Below, in pieces: positions 29,711 through 38,943 of a stretch of 64,000 nt of DNA (positions within the stretch are counted from its first letter, which is position 1; each line of letters starts with the position of its first letter). The stretch comes from an uncultured delta proteobacterium (lineage in GTDB: Bacteria > Desulfobacterota > Syntrophorhabdia > Syntrophorhabdales > WCHB1-27). Below the pieces are notes generated by a model that was not told the origin of the DNA, did not search any database, and worked only from the letters and a program-made list of their open reading frames with translations. The stretch is from NCBI GenBank assembly GCA_963810935.1, contig CAWEPK010000012.1, positions 32,001 to 96,000 of the forward strand, written 5' to 3'. The position numbers and the translations under genes are program-made.

Positions 29711-31249
29711 ATGACGATAGGTGATCTGCTTGTAAGAAACGCGAACAAATACCCTGATAAGAGGGCCGTCGTCAGCGAGGGCTTCAGTGAGACGTTCAGG
29801 ACGCTCAACGAGCGCGTTAACGGCCTCGCAAACGCGCTTCTCGGCATGGGACTCCAAAAGGGCGACCGTATCGGCGTAGTGGTGCACAACTGCCACCAGT
29901 ACATCGAGATATACTTTGCGGCGGCCAAAACCGGCGGCGTCTTTTGCCCGTACAACAACCACGTGAAGCAGCGGGAGTTAAAGGACGTCATCCTTTATTC
30001 GACGCCGAAGTTCCTTTTCGTGGACAATGATTTCGCCGACATGATAACGGGAGTCGCGCCGGAGCTCGGCTGCGTGAAGCACCACATTTCCCTTCAAAAA
30101 CCGACGGCGGCCGGTGTGGAGGAATATGAGCAGCTCATCGCGCAGGCAAAGAAGGACGAGCCCGGCGTAAAGATCGACGAGGAAGACCTTCTGAGCATTT
30201 TCTTCACGGCGGGCACCACCGGCAATCCGAAAGGCGCCATGCGGACGCACAGGCATCTCATGTCCGACGCAATCACCTCCGTTATCGACCTCCGGGTGGA
30301 GTACGACGAGAACGTCCTCATCAGCTTCCCCATGTACCACATCGCCTGCGAGGACAATATAGTCCGCCACTCATTCATGCCCAACACGTTCTTCATACGC
30401 CGCGAGGGCAGTTTCGACCCTAAACAGGTACTAAAGTATATATCGGACGAGCGGATATCGCGCGTCCAGATGGTCCCCACGATGATCCACAGCATGCTCC
30501 AGGTGCCGGACATCGGAAGCTACGACCTCACCAGCCTGCGGCTCATACTTTACGCCGGGGCCTCGATGCCCGTGGAGCTGCTTAAGAGGGCGCTGGCCGC
30601 CTTCCCGTGCTGGTTCGCCCAGCTTTACGGACAGACGGAGAGCGGCCCCTTTACGACCTGTCTGAAGCCCGAAGACCATGTGCTCGACGGCTCCGAGAAG
30701 CGCTTGGCCCGGCTCGCCTCCTCCGGCAAGCCGGTGCTCAATTACGAGATACGGATCGTTGACGATGACGACCGCGACGTGCCGGTCGGCCAGGTCGGCG
30801 AGATCATCGGCAGGAGCGAGGCGGTCATGAAGGGCTACTGGCAGATGCCGGATGAGACGGCGAAGAAGCTGAAGAACGGCTGGCTCCATACGGGCGATCT
30901 GGGAAGAATGGACGAAGACGGCTATATCTACATCGTCGAGAGAAAGAACGACATGATCATCTCCGGCGGAGTTAACATCTACCCGAGGGAGATCGAGGAA
31001 GTGCTCTACCGCCACCCGGCCGTATCGGAGGCATCGGTCATAGGGCTGCCCGACGAGCACTGGGGAGAGGTCCCAAAGGCCGTGATCGTGCTGAGGGAAG
31101 GCGCACAGGCCACCGAGGCCGAGATCATCGACTTCTGCGCCAAGAACCTGGCCGGCTATAAGAAGCCGAAGAGCGTCGATTTCTGGGCGGAGCTACCCAA
31201 GAGCCCGCAGGGTAAAATCCTGAAGAAGGAAATCCGCAAGAAGTACTGA
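29711..31249 (+). CDS. Acyl-CoA synthetase (AMP-forming, long-chain/aromatic acid CoA ligase family)
   Basis: FTAGTTGNPKG, YGQTE, GWLHTGD, R..DMIISGGVNIYPREIE, LPKSPQGKILK. Confidence 0.93.
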   Translation: MTIGDLLVRNANKYPDKRAVVSEGFSETFRTLNERVNGLANALLGMGLQKGDRIGVVVHNCHQYIEIYFAAAKTGGVFCPYNNHVKQRELKDVILYSTPKFLFVDNDFADMITGVAPELGCVKHHISLQKPTAAGVEEYEQLIAQAKKDEPGVKIDEEDLLSIFFTAGTTGNPKGAMRTHRHLMSDAITSVIDLRVEYDENVLISFPMYHIACEDNIVRHSFMPNTFFIRREGSFDPKQVLKYISDERISRVQMVPTMIHSMLQVPDIGSYDLTSLRLILYAGASMPVELLKRALAAFPCWFAQLYGQTESGPFTTCLKPEDHVLDGSEKRLARLASSGKPVLNYEIRIVDDDDRDVPVGQVGEIIGRSEAVMKGYWQMPDETAKKLKNGWLHTGDLGRMDEDGYIYIVERKNDMIISGGVNIYPREIEEVLYRHPAVSEASVIGLPDEHWGEVPKAVIVLREGAQATEAEIIDFCAKNLAGYKKPKSVDFWAELPKSPQGKILKKEIRKKY

Positions 31250-31302
31250 ATCATTTTGCGCTATAATTATACATGTGGTAGATTCTTTCATAAGGAGACC
31301 CG

Positions 31303-31503
31303 ATGAAACTGCATGTAATAATAGAGAAAGATGAGGCCGGTTACTATGTTGCCGAAGTGCCGGCCCTTCCCGGCTGCCTGTCTCAAGGCGGGACCTACGA
31401 TGAAGCCGTCACAAACATCAAGGAAGCTATCGAAGGATGGCTTGAAGTGATGGAAACCAGACATCCCACCGATTCCTCGAAACTCGTCGAAATCGCCGTA
31501 TAA
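31303..31503 (+). CDS. hicB: HicB-family antitoxin (short form, no DNA-binding domain)
   Basis: IEKDEAGYYVAEVPALPGCLSQG.T..EA..NI.EAI; AAGGAG RBS. Confidence 0.88.
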   Translation: MKLHVIIEKDEAGYYVAEVPALPGCLSQGGTYDEAVTNIKEAIEGWLEVMETRHPTDSSKLVEIAV

Positions 31504-31805
31504 TGGGCACGGGTGTAGCACTTTGTTCGGGCGCTGAAGCGGTTCGGAAATTCCAACGCGCAGGATGGAGGACAGCACGACAAAAGGGTTCCCACGTAAT
31601 GATGACCAAAGAAGGTTATCAGTGGACCCTATCCGTTCCACAGCATAGTCAACTGGGTCCCGGCCTTCTGGCGAAATTGATCAAGCAAGCGGGACTCGAT
31701 CCTGACGAATTCAATAGTCTCTATCGTTTGACAAACCTTCCTCCCTGTAATAGACTGCCCTATGATCGGCCCCAACGACCTCGGCGTCGTCGTCTACAAA
31801 GATAA
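31503..31805 (+). CDS. hicA: HicA-family toxin (with a ~27-aa C-terminal read-through extension)
   Basis: F.RAGW...RQKGSH, SVPQH..LGPGLL..LIKQAGL...EF; TAATG coupling to hicB. Confidence 0.8.
   Translation: MGTGVALCSGAEAVRKFQRAGWRTARQKGSHVMMTKEGYQWTLSVPQHSQLGPGLLAKLIKQAGLDPDEFNSLYRLTNLPPCNRLPYDRPQRPRRRRLQR
31728..31756 (+). promoter_or_regulatory. Sigma70-type promoter, probably giving a leaderless trmI mRNA
   Basis: TTGACA-17 nt-TAGACT; the trmI ATG follows after 5 nt with no SD sequence. Confidence 0.65.
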
Positions 31806-32556
31806 AAAATACCTCAAACGGATCGAAGACGGTAAATCCTTTCACGGCAAGGGCGGCATCCTCCAGTTTGCCTCCGTTATCGGCTGCCCCTGGGGCAGCC
31901 GCTTCGGCGAATACGAGGTCTTTCGGCCCACCATCGAAGATTTGATGATGTACGGCGTCAGGCGGGAAACCCAGATCGTCTTCCCCAAGGACGCCTTCTT
32001 CGTCTGCCACAAGCTCAACATAAAGTGCGGGTCGCGCGTGCTCGAGATAGGCACGGGCAGCGGCGCCCTCACACTGCTTTTGTCGAGGGCTGCGGGGCCC
32101 GAAGGGTCAGTCGTCTCCCTGGAAAAGGAGGAGCGACATTTCAAGAACGCGCAGAAGAACCTTGCAAAATACCTGGAGCTGCAGAATGTGACGCTCAACC
32201 AGGGCGACGCTGCGGACTTCGAGGGCGGACCGTTCGACGCGGCGTTCGTCGACTTGCGCGAGCCGTGGCTTTACCTCGACCACCTCCGGTCGCTTCTGGA
32301 CGACGGAGCGCCCGCCGCCTTCATCGTACCCACGGCCAACCAGGTGTCGGAGTGCCTCCAGACGCTGCGGCAGGGGTTCGGTGACGTAGAGGTCATCGAG
32401 ATACTCTTCAGGCGCTACAAAACCCTCGCCTCCCGCTTCCGGCCGGAGGACCGCATGGTCGGCCATACGGGTTACCTGATATTTGCTAAAAAAGTGGAGA
32501 TAATCCAGGAGGCGCCGGTAGCCGGCTATTCTTTTACCGGTTCTGCATCCCCATAG
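31762..32556 (+). CDS. trmI: tRNA (adenine(58)-N1)-methyltransferase
   Basis: R.TQIVFPKD, VLEIGTGSGALT, FVDLREPW, PT.NQV, RPEDRMVGHTGYL. Confidence 0.92.
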   Translation: MIGPNDLGVVVYKDKKYLKRIEDGKSFHGKGGILQFASVIGCPWGSRFGEYEVFRPTIEDLMMYGVRRETQIVFPKDAFFVCHKLNIKCGSRVLEIGTGSGALTLLLSRAAGPEGSVVSLEKEERHFKNAQKNLAKYLELQNVTLNQGDAADFEGGPFDAAFVDLREPWLYLDHLRSLLDDGAPAAFIVPTANQVSECLQTLRQGFGDVEVIEILFRRYKTLASRFRPEDRMVGHTGYLIFAKKVEIIQEAPVAGYSFTGSASP

Positions 32557-33034
32557 GCGCGGGCTGCGAGGGGCTGCCCTGCATTCCTGTACCGGCCATC
32601 GTACCGGTCGGCTCCGAGCCCCAGAAGTTGGTCACCTGCCGGCCAAACCTCCTGTCCGCCCAGTTCGGCTGGCTGAATCTGCCAAAATTGGGTGCTTGTG
32701 CCAGCCTTGCCTTGTCTACATTTAGAACGAGCTTCTCATTGCGCATGAGACCGAACATGCCGTAAGGCACGGGGATCAGGTTCTTCCCCAGTCCCCGATC
32801 GACGACTATATAGGAGATCTTGCCGGTGCTCAGGTCGAGGGCCACATTCTCCACCGAGCCGAGCTTGTTTCCGTTCGGGTCGACTACATCCGACCCTTTC
32901 AGCTTATCCACGTTCATCAGCATAGGAGCGCCCGAGGACGGCGTGCTTGTCTGCTGTGCCGCCGCGCCGCCAGCGGAAAACAGCGCCAGCATCGAAAAAC
33001 CGATCAGCACTAAAAGCACCTTTCTCATAAACAT
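32534..33034 (-). CDS. Exported PRC-barrel domain protein
   Basis: Signal peptide, LKGSDVVDPNG.KLG.V..V.LD..TGKISY.V, LIPVPY, L.QAPNF. Confidence 0.85.
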   Translation of the reverse strand: MFMRKVLLVLIGFSMLALFSAGGAAAQQTSTPSSGAPMLMNVDKLKGSDVVDPNGNKLGSVENVALDLSTGKISYIVVDRGLGKNLIPVPYGMFGLMRNEKLVLNVDKARLAQAPNFGRFSQPNWADRRFGRQVTNFWGSEPTGTMAGTGMQGSPSQPAPMGMQNR

Positions 33035-33230
33035 CCTCCTTGCTTCTTTTTATTTGCGCGACCTGCCCTCTTCGGATACGGTCAAACTGGTGTCTTCCGC
33101 TTTTATTGTCAAGGGCCGGCCGGCGCAAAAGGCGCGGTAGGGAAATACTAGTGCTGCCTGTTTGTTGCGTCCGCGATTATTGCGCCGGCCGCTGCCCCTG
33201 TGATATATTTGACAGCGGTTCATCCAGGAG

Positions 33231-34007
33231 GTGGCGAACGTGCGAACGGCATGCAGAATCTTTCTTGTTCTTTTTCTCGCGTTGCCCGGGGCCGCGTTTG
33301 CAGATAGGGACGACCTCACCCAGATATCGACGATAGACGCCCTCATGACGGGCGTTTACGACGGCGCCGCCACCCTCGGCTCGCTCAAAGAAAAAGGCGA
33401 TTTCGGCATAGGCACGTTCAACAACCTGAACGGCGAGATGGTGCTCCTCGACGGCGTGTTCTACCGCATCACCTCAACGGGAGCGGTCGAGCTGCCCGGG
33501 CCTGAGACCAAGACACCTTTTGCGTCGGTCACGTTCTTCGACGCAGACCGGACGGCCCTCCTCGGAAACGGCATTACTTTCGCGCAGTTCGCGGCAAAGG
33601 CAGATAACCTCCTGCCTACGCCTAATATCTTCTACGCAGTCAAGATCACGGGGACGTTCGAGATCGTGCGCGCGCGGAGCGTGGTGGCCCAGGATAAACC
33701 ATACAAGCCGCTCCTGGAAGTAGTAAAGACCCAGGCGGTTTTTGAGTTCACGCGCGTTGAAGGGACCATCGTCGGCTTCCGCTGCCCGGCGTATGCCAAG
33801 AGCATCAACGTGCCCGGCTATCACCTCCATTTCCTCTCTGCGGACCGGAAGATGGGCGGCCACGTGCTCGATTTCAAGGTCATCAAGGCAAAGCTGGAGA
33901 TCGACGATACAAACACGCTCATACTGGTGCTGCCGTCGGATAAGGAATTCTACGCATCGGACCTGACGCAGGACAGGGAACAGGCGGTCAGGGCAGTGGA
34001 GAAGTAG
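33231..34007 (+). CDS. budA: Alpha-acetolactate decarboxylase family protein with N-terminal signal peptide
   Basis: QISTIDALM.GVYDG, GDFGIGTF..LNGEM..LDG, TPFA.VTFF, GYHLHF, GGHVLD (Zn-binding histidines). Confidence 0.9.
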   Translation: MANVRTACRIFLVLFLALPGAAFADRDDLTQISTIDALMTGVYDGAATLGSLKEKGDFGIGTFNNLNGEMVLLDGVFYRITSTGAVELPGPETKTPFASVTFFDADRTALLGNGITFAQFAAKADNLLPTPNIFYAVKITGTFEIVRARSVVAQDKPYKPLLEVVKTQAVFEFTRVEGTIVGFRCPAYAKSINVPGYHLHFLSADRKMGGHVLDFKVIKAKLEIDDTNTLILVLPSDKEFYASDLTQDREQAVRAVEK

Positions 34008-34148
34008 CGGCGGCTGGAGACGGTGCCGGCCTTGCGGCCGGTCACCTCCCGGCAGACTTTTATTGCTTTTGTTCTCGATAATTCCTACATTAGTGGTGAT
34101 ATGGTCAGGGGAGAACTTGGGGTACAATTGACGGGCGCCGGGCGGGCA

Positions 34149-34946
34149 GTGAAGCAGCACCCGCTCCTGAAGCCTTTCAGCGCAGTCGGAAGGGTCACGC
34201 TTTCTATCGTCGGCGACCTCGGGGCAATCCTTATCTTTTTCGCGCTTTCCTTCGCGGGTATATTCTCCAGAAGGCAATGGGGCGAGGCGATGTGGCAGCT
34301 CTTTTACGTGAGCGTCACATCGACCGGCATCGTTATCCTCGTCGGGCTTTTCACCGGCATGGTCCTCGGTCTCCAGCTTTTCCACACGCTGGTGCAATTC
34401 GGCTCGGAAAACGTACTCGGCACGGCAGTCACGCTCGCCCTCGTAAGAGAGCTCGGGCCGGTACTTACAGCAATCATGATAGCCGCCCGGTCCGGCTCCG
34501 GTATGGCGGCGGAGATAGGCATACTGCGGATGTCCGAGCAGATAGACGCGCTCGACACCATGGGCGTCGATCCGGTGCGCTACCTGGTCAGCCCAAGGCT
34601 CGCGGCCTCTATCATCGGCTTCCCCATCCTCACAGCGTTCTTCGACCTGGTCGGCATTATCGGCGGCTACATCACGGGAGTCGTGCTGATGGGCGCCAAC
34701 GGCGGCCCCTATTTCTACAGGGTCTACTCATCGGCGAATACCGCGGACATCACGGGCGGCTTCGTAAAGGCAATGGTCTTCGCCGTCCTGGTGTCGATGA
34801 TCTGCTGTTTCCAGGGGTATTTCTGCCACATGCGGACAGAAAGCTCCGGCGCAAAGAACGTGGGCCTGGCGACGCGGGCCGCTGTCGTCCTTTCGTGCAC
34901 CATGATCCTGATAGCGGACTACGCCGTGACCTCCCTGTTGATGTGA
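34149..34946 (+). CDS. mlaE: MlaE family ABC permease
   Basis: GLFTGMVLGLQ, RELGPVLTA, RSGS.MAAEIG..R.SEQIDAL..MGVDP..YLV.PR; start at GTG 34149 is inferred. Confidence 0.92.
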   Translation: MKQHPLLKPFSAVGRVTLSIVGDLGAILIFFALSFAGIFSRRQWGEAMWQLFYVSVTSTGIVILVGLFTGMVLGLQLFHTLVQFGSENVLGTAVTLALVRELGPVLTAIMIAARSGSGMAAEIGILRMSEQIDALDTMGVDPVRYLVSPRLAASIIGFPILTAFFDLVGIIGGYITGVVLMGANGGPYFYRVYSSANTADITGGFVKAMVFAVLVSMICCFQGYFCHMRTESSGAKNVGLATRAAVVLSCTMILIADYAVTSLLM

Positions 34947-34953
34947 AACGCTT

Positions 34954-36201
34954 ATGAAGGCACCTCTCATAGAATTCAGGGACGTCACAAAGCGGTTCGG
35001 CGATAAAACGATCCTCGACAAGGTCAACCTTAAGATCTACGAGAACGAGATCACGACGATAATCGGCAAGAGCGGCACCGGCAAAACGGTGCTCCTGAAA
35101 CATATCATCGGCCTTCTCCGGCCCGACGAGGGGACGATACTTTTCAGGGGGAAGCCGTTGACCGAGATGAACAGGAAGGAATGGAGAGACTATAAGCGTG
35201 AGGTGAGCTATCTGTTCCAGCACAACGCGCTTTTCGACTCGATGACCGTGTTCGAGAACGTCGCCCTGCCCCTCGTGCAGACCACTTCGCTGACGCGCGC
35301 GGAGATCGACCAGCGCGTAAAGCGGCGGATCGACCAGACGGAGCTTAGCGACGCGGCCGGGAGCTACCCGGCCGAGCTGTCGGGGGGTATGCAGAAAAGG
35401 GCCGCCCTCGCGCGGGCCCTGGTCACGGACCCGGCGGTGGTGCTTTTCGACGAGCCGACGACCGGCCAGGACCCGATCAGGAAGAATGTCATCCTGAGCA
35501 TGATCGCGCAGTACAGGAGAAGGTTCGGTTTTACGGCCGTGCTGATCAGCCATGACATCCCGGATGTCTTCTTCGTCTCCGACCGCCTGGTCCTCCTGTG
35601 GAACGGCACGGTCGGTTTCGAAGGGAGCTACGAGGAGGCAATGCAGCTCTCGCATCCGATGATAAGCGAGCTGCTGAAGAGTTTGGAAGAACTCCAGGAC
35701 GAGGTGATCGGCCTGCCCATGAAAGAAGCGTTCCGCTCCTGTTATGCGCCCCTCTTTCCGGAGGAGGCCCCGGCGCCCGTGACGTCAGCCATACGTTTCA
35801 CTCTGGACATCGACTTCCCCGCGGGCGCCTTCAGCCCCGACGAGATCGCGGGGGTAGTCAACGCAGTCGCCGAGCAGGCATCGCACCGCCTGAGGCAGCT
35901 CGGCGGGTTCGCGGTCAGGTACGCAGGCAGCGACATACTGGCGATACTGCCCCATACGAGCGAGAAAGAGGCAGACCAGTTTATCGAGGACTACGCAACG
36001 GAAATCAAGGCACACGCGGCCGCGGCGCTCATGAAGCTGAACGACGAAAAACCGGCTGCGCCGCGTCCCTTCGACTTGCGGATAAGGGCGGGCGCCACCA
36101 AAATGTCGCACGAAGACAGCATCGACGATATAGCAGGCAGGGCCGCTTCCAGCCAGAAGGTTCTATCAGCGTTGTCCGGCGGCAAGGGTGGGGATAAATG
36201 A
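34954..36201 (+). CDS. mlaF: MlaF family ABC ATPase with a C-terminal degenerate GGDEF-like domain
   Basis: GKSGTGKT, LFQ.NALFDSMTV.ENV, LSGGMQKR, FDEPTTG.DP, SHD; about 170 extra C-terminal residues (see findings). Confidence 0.88.
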   Translation: MKAPLIEFRDVTKRFGDKTILDKVNLKIYENEITTIIGKSGTGKTVLLKHIIGLLRPDEGTILFRGKPLTEMNRKEWRDYKREVSYLFQHNALFDSMTVFENVALPLVQTTSLTRAEIDQRVKRRIDQTELSDAAGSYPAELSGGMQKRAALARALVTDPAVVLFDEPTTGQDPIRKNVILSMIAQYRRRFGFTAVLISHDIPDVFFVSDRLVLLWNGTVGFEGSYEEAMQLSHPMISELLKSLEELQDEVIGLPMKEAFRSCYAPLFPEEAPAPVTSAIRFTLDIDFPAGAFSPDEIAGVVNAVAEQASHRLRQLGGFAVRYAGSDILAILPHTSEKEADQFIEDYATEIKAHAAAALMKLNDEKPAAPRPFDLRIRAGATKMSHEDSIDDIAGRAASSQKVLSALSGGKGGDK

Positions 36202-36680
36202 AAAAATACCCGATGCAAACCGCAGTAGGTATTTTCGTGGTAATCGGCCTTATTTGCATAGGCTACATGTCCGTCAAGCTCGGCAAGGTCTCCCTGTTTC
36301 AATCGGACACGTATACACTCTACGCCCGCTTCACTTCCGTTCAGGGCCTGCGTATCGGCAGCCCGGTAAATGTGTTCGGGATAGAGGCAGGCAGCGTCTC
36401 TAACATGCGCATAGATAACGAGCGGCAGGTAGCAACGGTGACGATGCGGATCGACAATAGCGTTATGGTTTACAACGACGCGTCGGCCACTATAAAGTCC
36501 ATGGGACTGATCGGCGATAAATATATCAGGATCGACCCCGGCGGAGCGGGCGCGATGCTGAAGTCCCGGCAGACGATCACTAACACGGCCGCCGAGCCCG
36601 ATATCGAAGATCTCCTTGGGAGGTACATCTTCGGCCAGGCAAACCCCCAGCAGGGGGAAGGCGGAAAGGAAGGCAAATAA
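36198..36680 (+). CDS. mlaD: MlaD/MCE-domain protein
   Basis: N-terminal TM, YARF.SVQGL.IGSPV...GI..G.V, GLIGDKYI.IDPGG, IEDLLGRYIF. Confidence 0.92.
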   Translation: MKKYPMQTAVGIFVVIGLICIGYMSVKLGKVSLFQSDTYTLYARFTSVQGLRIGSPVNVFGIEAGSVSNMRIDNERQVATVTMRIDNSVMVYNDASATIKSMGLIGDKYIRIDPGGAGAMLKSRQTITNTAAEPDIEDLLGRYIFGQANPQQGEGGKEGK

Positions 36681-37280
36681 TGAAGGTAACGGCGCTTTTG
36701 CTCGGGGCGGCTCTCCTGCTTGTTCCTCTGCCCGCGATGGCACAGCAGGACGCGACTGCGGCGGTGCAGGCCCACGTGGACGCCGTCCTGAAGGTGCTCG
36801 GCAACCCGGCCTTAAAAGGGCCGAAGGGCGATAAGCAGAAGAGGGCTGAAGTCGTTACGGAAGCCGACAGGTTTTTTGACTTCGTCGAGCTGAGGAAAGC
36901 GGACCCTGGGCCTTTCCTGGAACAGGTTCAGTATGGACCAACGCAAGGAGTTCGTGAGCCTCTATAGACAGCTTCTCGAAGTAACTTACATGGACCGCCT
37001 CATGGCCTATGCCGGTGAGAAGATCAGGTTCGGCAAGCAGGTCCCCCTCACCGCCAATACGGTGGAGGTCAAAAGCGAGCTGCAGACCAAGACAGGTCCG
37101 GTTGCGCTGTCTTTCCGTCTCATAGACGAGGGCGGCCAGTGGAAGGTTTACGACGTTGTTATCGAAGGCGTGAGCCTGATCGCCAACTACCGGAGCCAGT
37201 TCAGGGAAGTCCTCGCCAATCAGGAGCCGCAGGCGCTCATCGACGTATTGAAGAAAAGGGTGGCCGAAGGTCCTAAATGA
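36680..37280 (+). CDS. mlaC: MlaC/ttg2D family lipid shuttle (apparent frameshift near 36895)
   Basis: Signal peptide, FFDF.EL..RTLG..W, WKVYDVVIEGVSLIANYRSQF; split over ORFs 36680..36967 and 36933..37280. Confidence 0.88.
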
Positions 37281-38155
37281 AATTTCTTTCGTACCTCGCG
37301 GCGGCTGCTGTTTTCCTCTTCCTGTCAGTCCCGCCTGCGAGTGCCTGGTTACACGTCCCGACCGGATTCACTTACCTGAGCGGAAAGGCGTCGGGCACGT
37401 CGAGGCCCACCTTTGACTCACAGGACAAGGAGGATGCGAGGGCGGAGGTAAAGACAGGCGCGGCGCAGGAAGCGAAGGCGGATTCCGCACCGCAGGACGA
37501 ATACGGCAACGTCACGGAGGAAGAGGTCGGGAAGGCGCCGGTAACAGAGATCCACGTCCCCGACCCCCTGGAAAAATGGAACAGGTTCTGGTTCACCTTC
37601 AACGATAAGCTCTATTTCTGGGTCCTGAAGCCTGTTGCGAAGGGCTACGGAAAAGGCGTGCCGGAGGGTCTTCGCGTAGTCTTCAATAATTTTTACAGGA
37701 ACATCTCGGCGCCTATCCGGATCGTCAACAACCTCCTCCAGCTTAAAATAAAGTACGCGGGCACCGAGCTTCTGCGCCTCACCGTCAACTCGACAATCGG
37801 CTTCGGCGGCCTGCGGGATTGCGCGACCGAATGCTTCGGCATCGGTCAGCATGACAACGACTTCGGCCTGACCCTGGCTTACTACCATGTGGGGCCCGGC
37901 CTGTACCTGGTGTGGCCGGTCATCGGGCCGTCCACGGCCAGGGATACCGTCGGGCTGGTCGGCGACCTGGGTCCCGACCCGATATATTGGTACGTCCCCT
38001 GGACTTATTCTATCCCCATACGCGCGCACGACAGGGTTAATTTCCTGAGCTTCCACCTGGGCGATTACGAGGCATTACGCAACGCAGCGGTCGACCCATA
38101 CGTGGCGCTTCGCAATGCCTACATGCAAAACCGCGCCGCAGCCCTGAATAAGTAG
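37277..38155 (+). CDS. mlaA: MlaA/VacJ family protein
   Basis: DPLEKWNR..F.FND, NNLLQ, R..VNSTIG.GG, DFGLTL, YLVWP.IGPST.RD, DPY.ALRNAY.Q.R. Confidence 0.92.
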   Translation: MKFLSYLAAAAVFLFLSVPPASAWLHVPTGFTYLSGKASGTSRPTFDSQDKEDARAEVKTGAAQEAKADSAPQDEYGNVTEEEVGKAPVTEIHVPDPLEKWNRFWFTFNDKLYFWVLKPVAKGYGKGVPEGLRVVFNNFYRNISAPIRIVNNLLQLKIKYAGTELLRLTVNSTIGFGGLRDCATECFGIGQHDNDFGLTLAYYHVGPGLYLVWPVIGPSTARDTVGLVGDLGPDPIYWYVPWTYSIPIRAHDRVNFLSFHLGDYEALRNAAVDPYVALRNAYMQNRAAALNK

Positions 38156-38160
38156 TTGAT

Positions 38161-38835
38161 CTATCTTTCGAGTATCCTGATGTCTGTGTAGTCGCCGGTG
38201 GCGCGGCTGCGGGTGTTGTCGGCGTCGGTCATTATTGCGATGCCCCTGGCAACGGGCGGCTTGCTCTCTCCGAAGACGCGCATATAATCCGCAAGCACGT
38301 CGCGCCTCTCCGTCACCCACACCCCGGCGCGCTCCCTGCCGCTGCGGACAACAACGATCTTCGTCCTGGACGAGTAAGGCGATTCGAACGTCTCCCCTTC
38401 GGGGATGGAGTCGCTCCAGACATACTTGATGGACCTGATAAAAGGCCAACGGCCGAAGACGACGTAAACGCCGAGCACGCTGTCGGCCGCCGTTTTGTCT
38501 CGCTCGTCCGACTTCTCGGGAAATAAGAGCGCCCGCCACTGCCACTGGAGTATCGGGTAATCCTTCAGCGGCCACGGCTTCTCATAACCCAGGGGTACGG
38601 CCGCGCCGTCACTGGAGGCCCGGACGAACTTCTTCCCATCTTCAGCGCAGACCGAGTAAATCCGGGCCGGGTCGCCGGATTTGCAAACCCATCCCTGGGG
38701 AGGCTTGCCCACCTCGTCCGATTGGAACGTAAGGCTAAACGGCGGGTCCGCCGCCGCGGCCTGCGCCGCCGGGACGTGGGCCGCAACGGTAAAAACAGCC
38801 AGCAGGATAATGAGACTGATGGACCTTACTTTCAT
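38161..38835 (-). CDS. DUF3047-like exported protein
   Basis: Signal peptide, YP.LQWQWR, D....VYV.F, IKYVW, W.TERRDV.ADY...FGE, GIAIMTDADNT...A.GDY.DI. Confidence 0.8.
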   Translation of the reverse strand: MKVRSISLIILLAVFTVAAHVPAAQAAAADPPFSLTFQSDEVGKPPQGWVCKSGDPARIYSVCAEDGKKFVRASSDGAAVPLGYEKPWPLKDYPILQWQWRALLFPEKSDERDKTAADSVLGVYVVFGRWPFIRSIKYVWSDSIPEGETFESPYSSRTKIVVVRSGRERAGVWVTERRDVLADYMRVFGESKPPVARGIAIMTDADNTRSRATGDYTDIRILER

Positions 38836-38943
38836 GAAGAAAAAATATAGCTTTACGGCTCTCAGGAATCAAGAGAGGCGCTATCGCAGGGTCAGCTCCA
38901 CCCTGCTTTCACCGTCCGGCAGGCGGCGTATGGCTGTCCTTAT

